64,000 nucleotides of DNA from Verrucomicrobiota bacterium (GCA_027622665.1 JAQBYT010000001.1:288001-352000), one strand, 5' to 3'. Shown: positions 42,797 to 53,574, counted from the first letter of the stretch. Numbers and translations: made by a program. The notes: generated from the sequence alone by a model not told the origin.

Positions 42797-43329
42797 AAGG
42801 AAGTAACCACCACATGATCGTCAAGAGTATGGGTGGGGCCAACCGAAACTTCGACATTTTGGTCAAGGGTAGTCTCAAGCTCGATTCCCACATAGTCCGC
42901 ACAAAATGGAAGGCAACGGTGACCCCGATCCACCAGTACGGCAAGTTCAACGCACGCGGGGCGCCCTTGGTCGAATAACTCGTTGAGGGCCGCCCGAATA
43001 GTGCGACCCGAGAAAATCACGTCATCGACCAAAATACATGAGCTCCCTTCGACTTCGGGAGGCAGGTTCGTCGGGACAACTGCTTTTGGTATGGGATTTG
43101 ATCCAATGTCATCACGATGGAAAGAAACATCTACAATTCCTAGCGGAATTTTTCGGCCGAGGCTTTTTTCAACCTTTTCGGCCAAACGATGAGCAACCCC
43201 AATTCCTCCATCGGACACACCCACAAACATAAGATTTTGCGTGGAGCCGCGTGCTTCGACAATAGCCCCCGCAAGACGATCCAATGCTTGACTCACTTCG
43301 GGGGCGGAAAACTTCAACTTAGTGGTCAT
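42793..43329 (-). CDS. pyrR: Pyrimidine operon regulator / uracil phosphoribosyltransferase PyrR
   Basis: HRDD, LVDDVIFSGRTIRAAL, LVDRGHR.LP..ADYVG. Confidence 0.93.
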   Translation of the reverse strand: MTTKLKFSAPEVSQALDRLAGAIVEARGSTQNLMFVGVSDGGIGVAHRLAEKVEKSLGRKIPLGIVDVSFHRDDIGSNPIPKAVVPTNLPPEVEGSSCILVDDVIFSGRTIRAALNELFDQGRPACVELAVLVDRGHRCLPFCADYVGIELETTLDQNVEVSVGPTHTLDDHVVVTSL

Positions 43330-43363
43330 AATCCAGAAAACTAAAATGTCTTTGCATTAACCG

Positions 43364-45718
43364 CTAGGCAACGGAATTCTCTTCCGCCTTAAGCCAAGCC
43401 TCAATTTCCTCAACACGATTAAAGGCGGGAGCTTTTCGACAGACGGGGTCCAATAAAGCCCTGAAGGCAGGTTGATCAAAACGACGACAATGAAGAATCA
43501 CGCGAGCTCGGTGCTCGGGAGATCTGACTAGACGGCCCAAGGCTTGATTAACTTTTCGCATTCCCGGGATAAGGTAGGTTCGGCGGAAGGCTTCTTCACG
43601 ATCAATGCCTAGACAAGCATCCATTTTCGCCTTCTGCAGTGTGTTAACCTCAGGCAATGCAGGACCTACAATCATGGCCGCATCCACCTTCCCCCCAAGA
43701 AAATCTATGCCTTCGGCAAATACACTGCCAAGGACGAGGAAAAGAGCATCGCCAGCGACAAGTGCGGAAGCGATAAACTGGTTAGTCTCTCGCCGGGAGC
43801 CAACGCGGGGTTGAAGAACGACTTTGGTAAGCGGCGATATTTCTCCTAAACGGTTGTTGGCTTCGATCGCGTATCTATACGAAGAAAAATATATAATCGC
43901 TGGCTTTTCCGTCGCATTGATCAAAGCCAGAACAGCTGTAGCGATTTCATCGAGATGTTGATGTCGCCGAGAGAATCTCGTGTCGCCTCGTATGTCTATA
44001 GCAACCTTCAAGGCCAAGGACCGCCAAGGCGCCGTACCACAAATTATCCGATATTCAGACGGCTGAAGCCCGCAAGAGATCGCAAATTGATCAATAGGCG
44101 ACAGGGTTGCAGACTCCAAGAGGCATAAACCATAAGAACACAGCTCCGTACCAATGTGGGAAGCCGCGTCCAGACAGGTAATTTCCATGGAACGATCTTC
44201 CGGAATCCAAAGATGTTTTGGCAGCGCGTCCAGAGCAAGTAAACGAGCGGTATCCCCGAACCTCCATAGAGTGTCAAGTACCTGACTTGGAAGATCACTG
44301 GAGGGAATGGGACCTTTGCGAACAGTTGCGGCGACAGTTTCTAATAACTCGGTAGCTTTATAGAAATTATCGGCATCCACGATTTCGTTTTGTCGGCAAG
44401 AATTAAGGAACTCCACCAAATCTCCCAATGCCCTGATTAATACCTTAGGCCCTTGAGCGAAAAGTAGGTGCTCGATCACTTGGACAGCATCACCGGCAGC
44501 AAATCGAGTCGACAAAGCCGATGCGACCCGCTCAGGCAAATTGTGGGCCTCGTCCACAACGAGGAGTGCGCGCGAAGGAATAAAATCTTCTACACTCCTG
44601 AAGATCGAGGCACTTCGTGGTTGAAACACATAGTTGAAATCTCCTAACCAAAGTTCGGCGAAGGGGAGACAGGCTCGAATAATTTCATAGGGAGGAATAC
44701 CTGCGTATTTTGCCGATTCAACCAAGTTTTCCTCCGGTATTGTGCCTCCTCGAAAGAGGGCGAGGGGATTTAAAGCTGCAGACTTCCAGCGACAAGCCAA
44801 CTCTTGTTCGGACAAATGTTCGAGATCCTCGAAGCCTATGTTGCACTCGGTGCGATTACGCAGGCAAAGGTAGCGAAAACCACAATCGTCGGGAATCATT
44901 TTGCCTAAGGTCCTAACAACTTCGTGTTGTCCTGTTGTTTTGCCAGTCAGGTACAGAATGCGGTCACAAAAACCGTCTCGCAATCGTTCTAGTGCAAAGG
45001 AGAGAGCGGTGCCTGTCTTGCCGAAACCGGTCGGTGCTTCAAATAGAGTGACGGGGGCGGACGCAAAAGATTGCTCCAAGCCCATCTGGGCTTCGGCTTG
45101 CCCTTCACGCAAAGTCTCAAAGGGTTTATTGAATGAAAGGGCAGAAAGGCGTTGCCGACTGCTGCGCCGTTCATCAAGAAATTCAAGCAACGACTTAATC
45201 TGCTCTTCTAGCGCTATATCATCGCAAGGTTCTATCGGTAATGTTTGGATGAACCCTCCCCCAGAGACATCGGCAAACCGCAATTCTCCCACAACATGCT
45301 TTTGGGCATAATCTGGTAAAAGCCGGAGAAGAAGAAGGTAGGTGGACACTTGTAGAAAATAATGAGGGTACTTCTCCCGTAAACTTTCCTCGGTCGCGGG
45401 AAGAGGAAGAAAAGTGGTTTTAAGCTCACTCACCAGCGCCAAGCCATTGTTCTCGCTCAGTTTGTCAACACGCCCCTCCAGCTCTACCGCCCATCCGCCT
45501 CGTAACAAAATGCCTCGAACGGAAACCTCATGGCGAACCTCGCCCCCTTCGTTTCCAAGTAATTCCGATTCCGCCCGCAAAGAAGAATGCCATTCCCGAC
45601 CAAGTTCGGCTCGCCAAGTACCGGAAGGCCCGCCAAAGCGGCTTCGCGGTCCTAGGGCGAAATCCGCCAACTCGCCAACGCTAAGACTCGCACGCCGTTC
45701 GCCAGGAAAAATCCGCAT
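43364..45718 (-). CDS. DinG/XPD family helicase with N-terminal PD-(D/E)XK nuclease domain
   Basis: GRVD...SELKT...QVSTY nuclease motifs; EAPTGFGKT, DEAHNL, EGIDF, QALGRLVRS. Confidence 0.88.
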   Translation of the reverse strand: MRIFPGERRASLSVGELADFALGPRSRFGGPSGTWRAELGREWHSSLRAESELLGNEGGEVRHEVSVRGILLRGGWAVELEGRVDKLSENNGLALVSELKTTFLPLPATEESLREKYPHYFLQVSTYLLLLRLLPDYAQKHVVGELRFADVSGGGFIQTLPIEPCDDIALEEQIKSLLEFLDERRSSRQRLSALSFNKPFETLREGQAEAQMGLEQSFASAPVTLFEAPTGFGKTGTALSFALERLRDGFCDRILYLTGKTTGQHEVVRTLGKMIPDDCGFRYLCLRNRTECNIGFEDLEHLSEQELACRWKSAALNPLALFRGGTIPEENLVESAKYAGIPPYEIIRACLPFAELWLGDFNYVFQPRSASIFRSVEDFIPSRALLVVDEAHNLPERVASALSTRFAAGDAVQVIEHLLFAQGPKVLIRALGDLVEFLNSCRQNEIVDADNFYKATELLETVAATVRKGPIPSSDLPSQVLDTLWRFGDTARLLALDALPKHLWIPEDRSMEITCLDAASHIGTELCSYGLCLLESATLSPIDQFAISCGLQPSEYRIICGTAPWRSLALKVAIDIRGDTRFSRRHQHLDEIATAVLALINATEKPAIIYFSSYRYAIEANNRLGEISPLTKVVLQPRVGSRRETNQFIASALVAGDALFLVLGSVFAEGIDFLGGKVDAAMIVGPALPEVNTLQKAKMDACLGIDREEAFRRTYLIPGMRKVNQALGRLVRSPEHRARVILHCRRFDQPAFRALLDPVCRKAPAFNRVEEIEAWLKAEENSVA

Positions 45719-45744
45719 GTCTCCGACCTTTACGCAAGATCACT

Positions 45745-46773
45745 CTAGTCGAACAAGGTCTCTTGCCGAGGAGGGTTTATCGATTCGACGGAATTTTCTT
45801 CTCGAGGAAGGTGGTGAGGGGGATTTGTAGAACATGACCTCAAGGCGTTCTCTCGCTTAAGAACCATCTCACGGGAAATCTCGAAGACCTTGTGCTTCAA
45901 CCACTGTGCAGTTGGCGAAGACGAACGATAGTCCGCGGGGCCATTGTTGTGCACTCGACCCGTCTCGACAAGTCGGCAAGTTTGCTTGAATTCTTTCTCG
46001 TTATCCGGGTCATAAACAGCGTAGGTTCTTCCTCCCCATTGATTTAAGACGGCAAAAACCGGCACGTCACTCGGGCCATCTGCAACATAGATCATTTGGT
46101 CGATAGGCACCCTTCGATCTTCGTGAGGCAAGGCCGAGTTAACCTCGATCGCAGGGTTTTTATTGGAGCCTTTGTTGATTTCGAAAATATAGCGGGTTTT
46201 AATCGTATTATCCACGACCATACCGATTTGGGTAATTTCGGGCTCCAGCGGTAGAAACAACTCGGTCTGGCTTGAAAAATAGGGAGGGAGGGGAGACTCG
46301 ATAAATTCACAAGCAAATATATCCTCAACAAAAGAGGCAATCTTACTACCCCTCACGACATGGGTTAGTCCTGTGCTGATTATGTAATGTTCCAGCCGAA
46401 AATCATACTGGCTAAATTCATCGGTTAGCGGAATTTTTGACAACTCTCCGAAAAACTCCGGCAAACCGTGACAAAATTCAAGTTCGGCTCCAAGCTCGAC
46501 AAGTTTTTCATTTGTGAGACCACGAAGGGGACCATTTTTGACATAACTCAACAGATGATTCAGATAAATGGTATCTGCCGAGACTCGTAAACCTCGCTTC
46601 GCATATACTTCCGGCAAACTATTCACTTCATTCCAGAAAAGATTTTCATCGATCCCGTAACATTCAAAAAGAGGGGTCTGCATGTATCCAGGTATGAGCG
46701 TCTTGTCAAAATCCCACACGCAGGCTATAATATTTTGCCCATGCACTTGAGCTTGCTTTCGGGCTTGATTCAT
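45745..46773 (-). CDS. HAD superfamily hydrolase
   Basis: Motif I WDFDKTL, motif II ISTG, motif IV YVADGPSD. Confidence 0.85.
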   Translation of the reverse strand: MNQARKQAQVHGQNIIACVWDFDKTLIPGYMQTPLFECYGIDENLFWNEVNSLPEVYAKRGLRVSADTIYLNHLLSYVKNGPLRGLTNEKLVELGAELEFCHGLPEFFGELSKIPLTDEFSQYDFRLEHYIISTGLTHVVRGSKIASFVEDIFACEFIESPLPPYFSSQTELFLPLEPEITQIGMVVDNTIKTRYIFEINKGSNKNPAIEVNSALPHEDRRVPIDQMIYVADGPSDVPVFAVLNQWGGRTYAVYDPDNEKEFKQTCRLVETGRVHNNGPADYRSSSPTAQWLKHKVFEISREMVLKRENALRSCSTNPPHHLPREENSVESINPPRQETLFD

Positions 46774-46828
46774 AGACCATAGCTTTTACGCCTTAAGCTC
46801 ATTCGAGCAAAGAAAATTCGTATTAAAC

Positions 46829-47908
46829 ATGCACCATACACCAGATCTTAATCACTTCCGCATACGCCTCGCGGAATTGGAAAAGGAACTTGCAGTCCCG
46901 GATGTTTACAAAGACCAGAGACGGGCAGCAACCCTGTCTCGGGAGCACCGCAGGGTCGAGCAATTGCTCGGATTAGGGGATGAAATCGAGACTTCCGAAA
47001 AAACACTAACTGAAAATCGCCTTTTGCTGGACGACGAAGAATTGGGAGAGATGGCCGCAGAAGAAATCGAGATCCTAGAAGCCAAGTTAAAAGAAACACA
47101 AGAAAGCCTTCTTCTCGCCATGATTCCGGCCGAAGACACGGATGAACGAAATACCATCATCGAGATTCGAGCGGGGACCGGCGGGGATGAAGCCTCCCTT
47201 TTTGCATCAGACCTCCTGCGGATGTATTCACGTTACGCCGAAGAAAGCCAATGGAGTATTGAACGATTGAGCGAAAGTCTTTCGGAAACGGGCGGCTACA
47301 AAGAAGTCATTTTTTCGGTCAAGGGCGAAGATGTCTTCTCCCGCCTTAAATTTGAAAGCGGCGTTCATCGAGTACAAAGAGTGCCTACAACTGAGGCCAA
47401 CGGTCGCATACACACTTCGACCGCAACTGTTGCCGTTTTACCGGAAGCAGAAGAAGTGGACATAGAGATCGACCCGAATGATCTGGAGATCAATGTCTGC
47501 AGGGCCAGCGGACCTGGCGGTCAAGGAGTTAACACTACAGATTCGGCCGTTCAACTAATCCATAAACCCACGGGTCTAACTGTTTACTGTGCAGACGAAC
47601 GCTCGCAACTCAAAAACAAAAACAAAGCCATGACTGTTCTCCGTGCACGCCTACTGAACTTGAAGCAGGAAGAAGAGAGAAAGAAATATGCAGCAAATCG
47701 ACGGAGTCAAATCGGAACAGGCGATAGGAGCGAGCGAATTCGCACTTACAACTTCCCCCAAAGTAGAATGACGGACCACCGGATCGGTCACTCGACTCGG
47801 AACCTGACCGGGGTCATGGACGGCGGACTCAATGAAGTTCTGGATGCCCTGATTCAAGAAGATCGACGTTTACGGCTCGAGGAAATCTCAGCTTCGCAAA
47901 AATTTTGA
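46829..47908 (+). CDS. prfA: Peptide chain release factor 1
   Basis: PxT tripeptide (RVPTTE), SGPGGQ, GDRSERIRTYNFPQ. Confidence 0.98.
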   Translation: MHHTPDLNHFRIRLAELEKELAVPDVYKDQRRAATLSREHRRVEQLLGLGDEIETSEKTLTENRLLLDDEELGEMAAEEIEILEAKLKETQESLLLAMIPAEDTDERNTIIEIRAGTGGDEASLFASDLLRMYSRYAEESQWSIERLSESLSETGGYKEVIFSVKGEDVFSRLKFESGVHRVQRVPTTEANGRIHTSTATVAVLPEAEEVDIEIDPNDLEINVCRASGPGGQGVNTTDSAVQLIHKPTGLTVYCADERSQLKNKNKAMTVLRARLLNLKQEEERKKYAANRRSQIGTGDRSERIRTYNFPQSRMTDHRIGHSTRNLTGVMDGGLNEVLDALIQEDRRLRLEEISASQKF

Positions 47909-48774
47909 GCTCGATGCTCACTATTCTCGATGTGGTTCGCCGCACCACAGGTTTTTTTGAAAAATGTGCAGTGCCGCAACCCCAACTCGATGCAGAATGG
48001 ATCATTGCGCATTCTTTAAACCTTGCCCGCATGGATCTCTACTTGCAGTTCGAGCGACCACTGGGGGAAGACCAGCTCGCTCCTATTCGCAAACTGGTTA
48101 AACGAAGGGGAGCAAGAGAGCCACTCCAACACTTGATCGGGTTTGTGGATTTTTTCGGCCTTCGAATCACTTGCGACAAAAGGGCTCTGATTCCGCGGCC
48201 GGAGACAGAAGAATTCATTGAAATTATTAATCGCGAATTTGCCGCGAAGCCACCATGCCACATTTTAGATCTAGGCACTGGCTCCGGTGCGCTTGCGCTT
48301 GCATTTGCCAAGATTTTTCCATCGGCACAAGTCGTTGCCACCGACATCTCTTCAGATGCTCTCGAACTCGCACAAGAAAATGCCGCCACAAACAAACTTT
48401 CGGATAAAGTTAGCTTCCACCTTGGCGACTGGTTTGAGGCATTGCCAAAGAACGAAACCACCTTTGATCTAATCGTTTCCAACCCTCCCTATCTTTCCCA
48501 TCAAGAATGGGAATGCACTCAGCGGGAGGTTAGGGAGCATGATCCCAAACTAGCTCTTGTCTCCGAAAATGAAGGCTGCGATCACCTTCTTAATATTCTC
48601 ACTGCGGCCAAGCAACACTTGCGGCACGGCGGCTTACTGGCAATGGAAACCGGAGAATTCCATCACGAACTCCTTATTGAAAGAGCACAGGAAGTGGGCC
48701 TTTGCGATGCTAGAGGGATGAAAGATCTCTCGAAGAAACCTCGTTTTTTTCTTGCTGCCCGCCCCCCGGAGTAG
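47905..48774 (+). CDS. prmC: Release factor glutamine methyltransferase
   Basis: LIPRPETE, LDLGTGSG, VSNPPY; overlaps the prfA stop. Confidence 0.96.
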   Translation: MSSMLTILDVVRRTTGFFEKCAVPQPQLDAEWIIAHSLNLARMDLYLQFERPLGEDQLAPIRKLVKRRGAREPLQHLIGFVDFFGLRITCDKRALIPRPETEEFIEIINREFAAKPPCHILDLGTGSGALALAFAKIFPSAQVVATDISSDALELAQENAATNKLSDKVSFHLGDWFEALPKNETTFDLIVSNPPYLSHQEWECTQREVREHDPKLALVSENEGCDHLLNILTAAKQHLRHGGLLAMETGEFHHELLIERAQEVGLCDARGMKDLSKKPRFFLAARPPE

Positions 48775-48854
48775 ACGCAAGGATAATTGCCGAAGTTTGG
48801 AAATGAAAGTTGTCCTCGTTTAAGCCCCTGCTGCTCAAGCTAATTGGTTTCCAC

Positions 48855-51125
48855 TTAAGATTTCTTTTCGGCACCCTCTACGCTTTTGGCAACCTTAGAA
48901 GCTTCTTCCCGCAAAAGTATCCAATCGGAAACGATTCGAAGGCTTTCATGAAGGCGAATGTCCAGATTGGTAGGGGGTTCCATCTTTTCCGCGACTCCTT
49001 CTTCTTCAACTTTTTCGCCACGTACTTCACGTGAACGACGATCCTGGCTTCGCACTACGTCAAGACGGACTTGACGGGCCGGAAATGTTTTCGCAGCCAA
49101 CTCCGTCATCTCTTCATTTAGCTCTTTGGTAAAGTCTTCATCCTTTGTTTTTTGCTCAAGCCGCTTCGCGAGGTTTAGAGAAAACTCTTTCTGGTCGCGC
49201 TTCCCCTTATACCAATCGACGTTCTTTCGCAGATAGGCAAATTCCTCTTTTTCCCGTTGTCGTTTAAGGCTCGTTTCAAGTAGTTGCTTGGACTCCTCTG
49301 GCCGAATCCGGAATTCTTCGGCTGGTCGACGATAGTTCACCCCGGGAATTTCGTCCCACTTCATGGCATGAGGAAGATCAGCTTCACCGATGGGAAGAAA
49401 CTCGTTGATGGAAGGCATCGGGACATCGGCAATCACGCCAACGTTCTGAGTACTGGTTCCGCTTGGCAGATAATATTTCTGGATGGTGATTTTAGCCGCG
49501 CTACGCTTATCGCTTTTTAAGGCATAAAGATTGGGTGCGTTCATCTCAATCATTGACTGCACAGTTCCCTTTCCGTGAGTTGCCTTGTCTCCTATGATAA
49601 GGGCGCGTTTGTGATTCTGAAGTGCCCCGGCCACAATTTCGGCAGCCGATGCACTATACCGTGACACAAGTAGGGCGAGCGGGCCCTCCCACGCAATCTT
49701 TGGATTAAAATCAAATTTCTTGCGAATTTTTCCGTCTGTGCTCTTTACTTGGACAACGGGCCCTCTTGAAATAAAAAGTCCGGCAAGACTCACCGCTTCA
49801 CTAAGAAACCCACCCCCGTTGCGACGAAGATCAAGAACAATGCCTTCGGCCCCAAGATCCTTCAGCTTACCGATAAGCTCTTCTAAATCATCAGTGGCTT
49901 TAGCTTTAGCCTCTCCAGGAGCGGCTCCATAAAACGAAGGCAGCTCGATGACGCCAATGGGGTAAGTTCGATCACCTTCAGGGGCCGGCACCTCGCGAAT
50001 GGATGCAGATGCCAGATTAGCCGTCAGCTTGATGCGATCTCGGGTAATGCTCACCGTGTTTCGATCAGAAGGATTCTTGCCAGGCTTAATGAAAAGCCGC
50101 ACGACCGTGTCCTTGGGACCTTTGATCAGCTCCACTATCTTGCTAAGCTTCATATTAACTACCTCGACGAAATCTCCATCAGCTTGGGCAACTTTTAGGA
50201 TGACGTCCTCGGGTTCCAATTCCCGGCAAGCCTCGGCCGGGCCACCCGGGAGAAGTTCTTTAATTGTGCAAAAGCCGTCTTCGTCCGTCAGTACGGCACC
50301 AATCCCGACAAACGTGTTATGCATGGATTGATTGAACCTATCGCGCTCCTTGATATTGAGAAAGGTCGTGTGCGGGTCGAACATCTGGGAAAGCGTGGTA
50401 AGGTACATTTCCTGAACGTCGGAAGCCTCGAACTCGCGGATGTTTTTATCCCAGCGTTCATAGCGTTTGGTAATGCGGCCACGGGCCTCCTTGGTAAACT
50501 CAGCCAGTTTTTCAGCGTCCGGCAGCAAAGTCTTGTTTTCGACTTCGGTACTATTTTCATCGCCGCCGAGGTCGATCTGCGTAAGCACCTCCGCAAGCAT
50601 TTCATAAGTTAGCCGCTTCTCCCAAATTTCATCCGCCTCTTTCTCGTCCTTTGGCCATGGAATTTTTTCGCGGTCAGGAACAAAAGTTGCATCGACATTT
50701 AAATCAAAATCCTTTTGCAGCCGGGCAATCACCCACGACAGACGAATAAGAGCCTTCGATTTATAGTCGTTATATATCCTAAACCCCGGAAAAAGATTAC
50801 CTTGCTCCAAATAGGTTCCGATCGTGGGCAAGAAGGTTTTGAGGTAACCCTCATGATCGGACTCGAGAAAATACAGGCGTTGGCGATCGAGCCTGTTCAT
50901 GTAAGTCTTGAGAAATTCCTTCTTGTCGACTTTCTCTACCGACACCTTGCTGTAATGAGCTCGATGGAGAGCTTCAGCCAACCATCGGGCCTCACCTTGC
51001 ATGAGCTTGGTTGGTTCAAGTTCCTTGTCCTCCGTGGCAGCCAGCTCCTCCTTCCCGAAGAGAACACAGTCAAAGGAAAGAACGATCCATGTTAGGAGTA
51101 AAAAATATTTGCAGCTTTTAATCAT
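48855..51125 (-). CDS. prc: Carboxy-terminal processing protease (S41, Prc/Tsp type)
   Basis: Signal peptide, FDPHT, PDZ (FVGIGA), DLRRNGGG, SASAAEI, GKGTVQ. Confidence 0.93.
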   Translation of the reverse strand: MIKSCKYFLLLTWIVLSFDCVLFGKEELAATEDKELEPTKLMQGEARWLAEALHRAHYSKVSVEKVDKKEFLKTYMNRLDRQRLYFLESDHEGYLKTFLPTIGTYLEQGNLFPGFRIYNDYKSKALIRLSWVIARLQKDFDLNVDATFVPDREKIPWPKDEKEADEIWEKRLTYEMLAEVLTQIDLGGDENSTEVENKTLLPDAEKLAEFTKEARGRITKRYERWDKNIREFEASDVQEMYLTTLSQMFDPHTTFLNIKERDRFNQSMHNTFVGIGAVLTDEDGFCTIKELLPGGPAEACRELEPEDVILKVAQADGDFVEVVNMKLSKIVELIKGPKDTVVRLFIKPGKNPSDRNTVSITRDRIKLTANLASASIREVPAPEGDRTYPIGVIELPSFYGAAPGEAKAKATDDLEELIGKLKDLGAEGIVLDLRRNGGGFLSEAVSLAGLFISRGPVVQVKSTDGKIRKKFDFNPKIAWEGPLALLVSRYSASAAEIVAGALQNHKRALIIGDKATHGKGTVQSMIEMNAPNLYALKSDKRSAAKITIQKYYLPSGTSTQNVGVIADVPMPSINEFLPIGEADLPHAMKWDEIPGVNYRRPAEEFRIRPEESKQLLETSLKRQREKEEFAYLRKNVDWYKGKRDQKEFSLNLAKRLEQKTKDEDFTKELNEEMTELAAKTFPARQVRLDVVRSQDRRSREVRGEKVEEEGVAEKMEPPTNLDIRLHESLRIVSDWILLREEASKVAKSVEGAEKKS

Positions 51126-51232
51126 AGTGATTCGGATTATTCGGAAACTGAAATGTCGACGACCGGAGGTAGAAAGAAATCAGAAAAAAGGAAGGGGCCT
51201 CAGTCGGCAATGATATATTCGCATGCAAGCAC

Positions 51233-52111
51233 TTACTTCCCCAAGAGGCTCTTTGCCTTATCGAGGGTTCTTTTTTCATCTTCCGTAAGGGAGCCGAATC
51301 CTTTTTCGTTAATTTTGTCGAGAATTCGGTCCACCTCCTGCTCGACCATCTCGCGATCATCAAGGTTCACGGAATAACCGGCCGGTGCTCCCGGTTTGCC
51401 TAATTGCTTAGAGATCTTCAGCCAAGAAGGTTTTTGTAGGCGCGGACGCTTCCCCGAGGAAATTCCGCCTGACCGAACATAACCAAAGAAAAACAGCCCT
51501 GCCAACATCCCGCCCAAATGGGCCGAGTGGGCAACTCCCGAACTGCCATTGAGCTCAGAAAACAGAAAGCCGTAAGTCTCGATGCCTAGAAGACTCCAAA
51601 GGATCCATTTCGGCTTGAGTGTGCAAGGAATCACGAAAAAGAGCAGCAGGGTGATAGGCTGCTCTGGCCTCCGCAGACAAAAAGTCGTAACGAAAGCCAT
51701 GGCAATCGCAGATGCGCCAACCAATCCGCCTCCGGCAATATTGAATATAAACCACAATAAGGCGCCCGATGCCGCTCCAGCCAGAGTCAACCAAGTCATC
51801 ATTTTCGGCCCAAGGTCATCTTCAAGGGCTCGTCCCATAAAAAAAATAGCCAAGAGGTTTAGGACCAGATGCCATGGCCCCTCATGCAGGCAAGCGTATG
51901 TGACAAGCGTCCACAATTTTCCGGAAAGAAATCCATCGGGCGTAAAGGCCGTCCATGAGAAAAATGTCACATTTGATTCATTGTCGCCCACGGCCTTCAC
52001 GATGGTTTGCAGGACGAAGCTCGCAATCAAAAGTACGAGCAAGAACTTGAGGAAGCTGCTAGCTCGTCCCCCAAAGCTAGGGGCTCTCATATAAGGCCTA
52101 TCGTAAAGCAT
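51233..52111 (-). CDS. Rhomboid family intramembrane serine protease with soluble C-terminal helical domain
   Basis: H...WHLVLN, catalytic GASA and HSAHLGG; tail VDRILDKINEKGFGSLTEDEK. Confidence 0.92.
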   Translation of the reverse strand: MLYDRPYMRAPSFGGRASSFLKFLLVLLIASFVLQTIVKAVGDNESNVTFFSWTAFTPDGFLSGKLWTLVTYACLHEGPWHLVLNLLAIFFMGRALEDDLGPKMMTWLTLAGAASGALLWFIFNIAGGGLVGASAIAMAFVTTFCLRRPEQPITLLLFFVIPCTLKPKWILWSLLGIETYGFLFSELNGSSGVAHSAHLGGMLAGLFFFGYVRSGGISSGKRPRLQKPSWLKISKQLGKPGAPAGYSVNLDDREMVEQEVDRILDKINEKGFGSLTEDEKRTLDKAKSLLGK

Positions 52112-52248
52112 AGGTGAAATCTAATAGGGTGTCTGACAAAAGGGCAAACTAAGGTTGTCACTCTCGGTACATTGAATTTCCGACTTCTCGACAGAAATTG
52201 CAACCTTAAGAGATGCGACCAAAGACAAAATGGAAAAGGAAGCAAGGG

Positions 52249-53574
52249 CTACGATTGCAGGTCTTTCCGCATTGATTTCCAGAGCGACAGTCGTTCGCCA
52301 ATGGCCACTTCTGCCCCGGATTTTTTGGGAGAGTAAAGTTCGAGTTGCTCATCCAGGTAATCTTGTCCCGAAACATTTTCAGGGTAGTCATGACTGTAAA
52401 GGTACGATTTCTCGTTTGCGTTGCGGTTTTTTTTGTTGCGGCCATGCCTGTCTCGAATGGAGGAAGGAATAGACTGAAGGGGTTTTTCCCGTAAGGCTTG
52501 CTTGGCTTTGCCTAAAGCCAAGGTCGAACTGTTGCTCTTCGGGCAAGTCGCAAGAAAGAGGGTAATGTGAGCGAGATTCAATTCGCACTCGGGCAGACCA
52601 ATAATTTCGCACGCACGAAATGCCGCATCAGCAAGTAGCAAGGCCCTCGAATCCGCCAAGCCCACGTCCTCCGAGGCGAAAATGACCAATCGTCTTGCAA
52701 TGAAGCGAGGATCTTCCCCGCCAACCAACATCTTAGCCAACCAATAGAGAGCGGCGTCGGGGTCGTTGCCACGCATGCTTTTTATAAAAGCCGATGCGGT
52801 ATCGTAATGTTCGTCTTCATCCCGATCGTATCGAATGTTGCGCTCGCGACTAAAGACAGCCACCTCCTTGTCCGTCAGTTTTGCACCCACGGGCAAAGCC
52901 TCGACTATCGTTTCCAAGAAATTGTATCCTCGGCGAAGATCTCCCTCGGCCAGCAAAGCAATCTGCCCTAAAATCCCTTTATCGGCCACGCAAGACCGAG
53001 AACCAAGACCTCTTTCCTCGTCGTTCAAGGCCACAAGAAGCGCGTCTTCTATAACTGAGACCGATAACGGTTCCAAGGTGAACAGGTGGCAACGACTAAG
53101 CAAAGGGGCTATTACGTAATAACGCGGATTGTGAGTAGTGGCGCCGATAAGGCGAGCGTCACCCGACTCCACATCCGGCAGAAGCAAATCCTGTTGGGCT
53201 TTGTTGAATCTGTGAATCTCATCAATGAAAAGGTAGCAATTGGCAGAACCATAATAACGAGCGAGCTTGAGTGCATCTCGCAGTTCGGCGACATTTGAAG
53301 TCACGGCATTTATCTTCAAGAGCTTGCACCCGCTGTCGGCTGCGAAAACTGTCGCAAGAGTCGTTTTTCCAGAACCGGGAGGGCCTGCTAAAATCAAGTT
53401 GCCCAGCCGGTTTTCCTTGATCAAATTAGGGAGCAAACAACCCTCTCCCAATATATGTTCCTGACCCAAAACCTCAAGAATAGTGCACGGTCGCATTCTC
53501 TCGGCCAATGGCCTTCTGTTCTCGCTTACCTTCTCGGGCTCTTTCAAAAGCAAGTCTTTTTCGTCGTCTTCCAT
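52249..53574 (-). CDS. rarA: Replication-associated recombination protein A (MgsA/RarA)
   Basis: PLAERMRP, GPPGSGKTT, DEIHRFNKAQQD, SAFIKSMRG, ASEDVGLAD; start MEDDE at 53574. Confidence 0.96.
   Translation of the reverse strand: MEDDEKDLLLKEPEKVSENRRPLAERMRPCTILEVLGQEHILGEGCLLPNLIKENRLGNLILAGPPGSGKTTLATVFAADSGCKLLKINAVTSNVAELRDALKLARYYGSANCYLFIDEIHRFNKAQQDLLLPDVESGDARLIGATTHNPRYYVIAPLLSRCHLFTLEPLSVSVIEDALLVALNDEERGLGSRSCVADKGILGQIALLAEGDLRRGYNFLETIVEALPVGAKLTDKEVAVFSRERNIRYDRDEDEHYDTASAFIKSMRGNDPDAALYWLAKMLVGGEDPRFIARRLVIFASEDVGLADSRALLLADAAFRACEIIGLPECELNLAHITLFLATCPKSNSSTLALGKAKQALREKPLQSIPSSIRDRHGRNKKNRNANEKSYLYSHDYPENVSGQDYLDEQLELYSPKKSGAEVAIGERLSLWKSMRKDLQS

Noticed and set aside
45200..45718. 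Cas4/CRISPR interpretation of the nuclease domain or type IV CasDinG
   Set aside because: There is no Cas4 cysteine set, no other cas genes, and no repeat-spacer array in the window.
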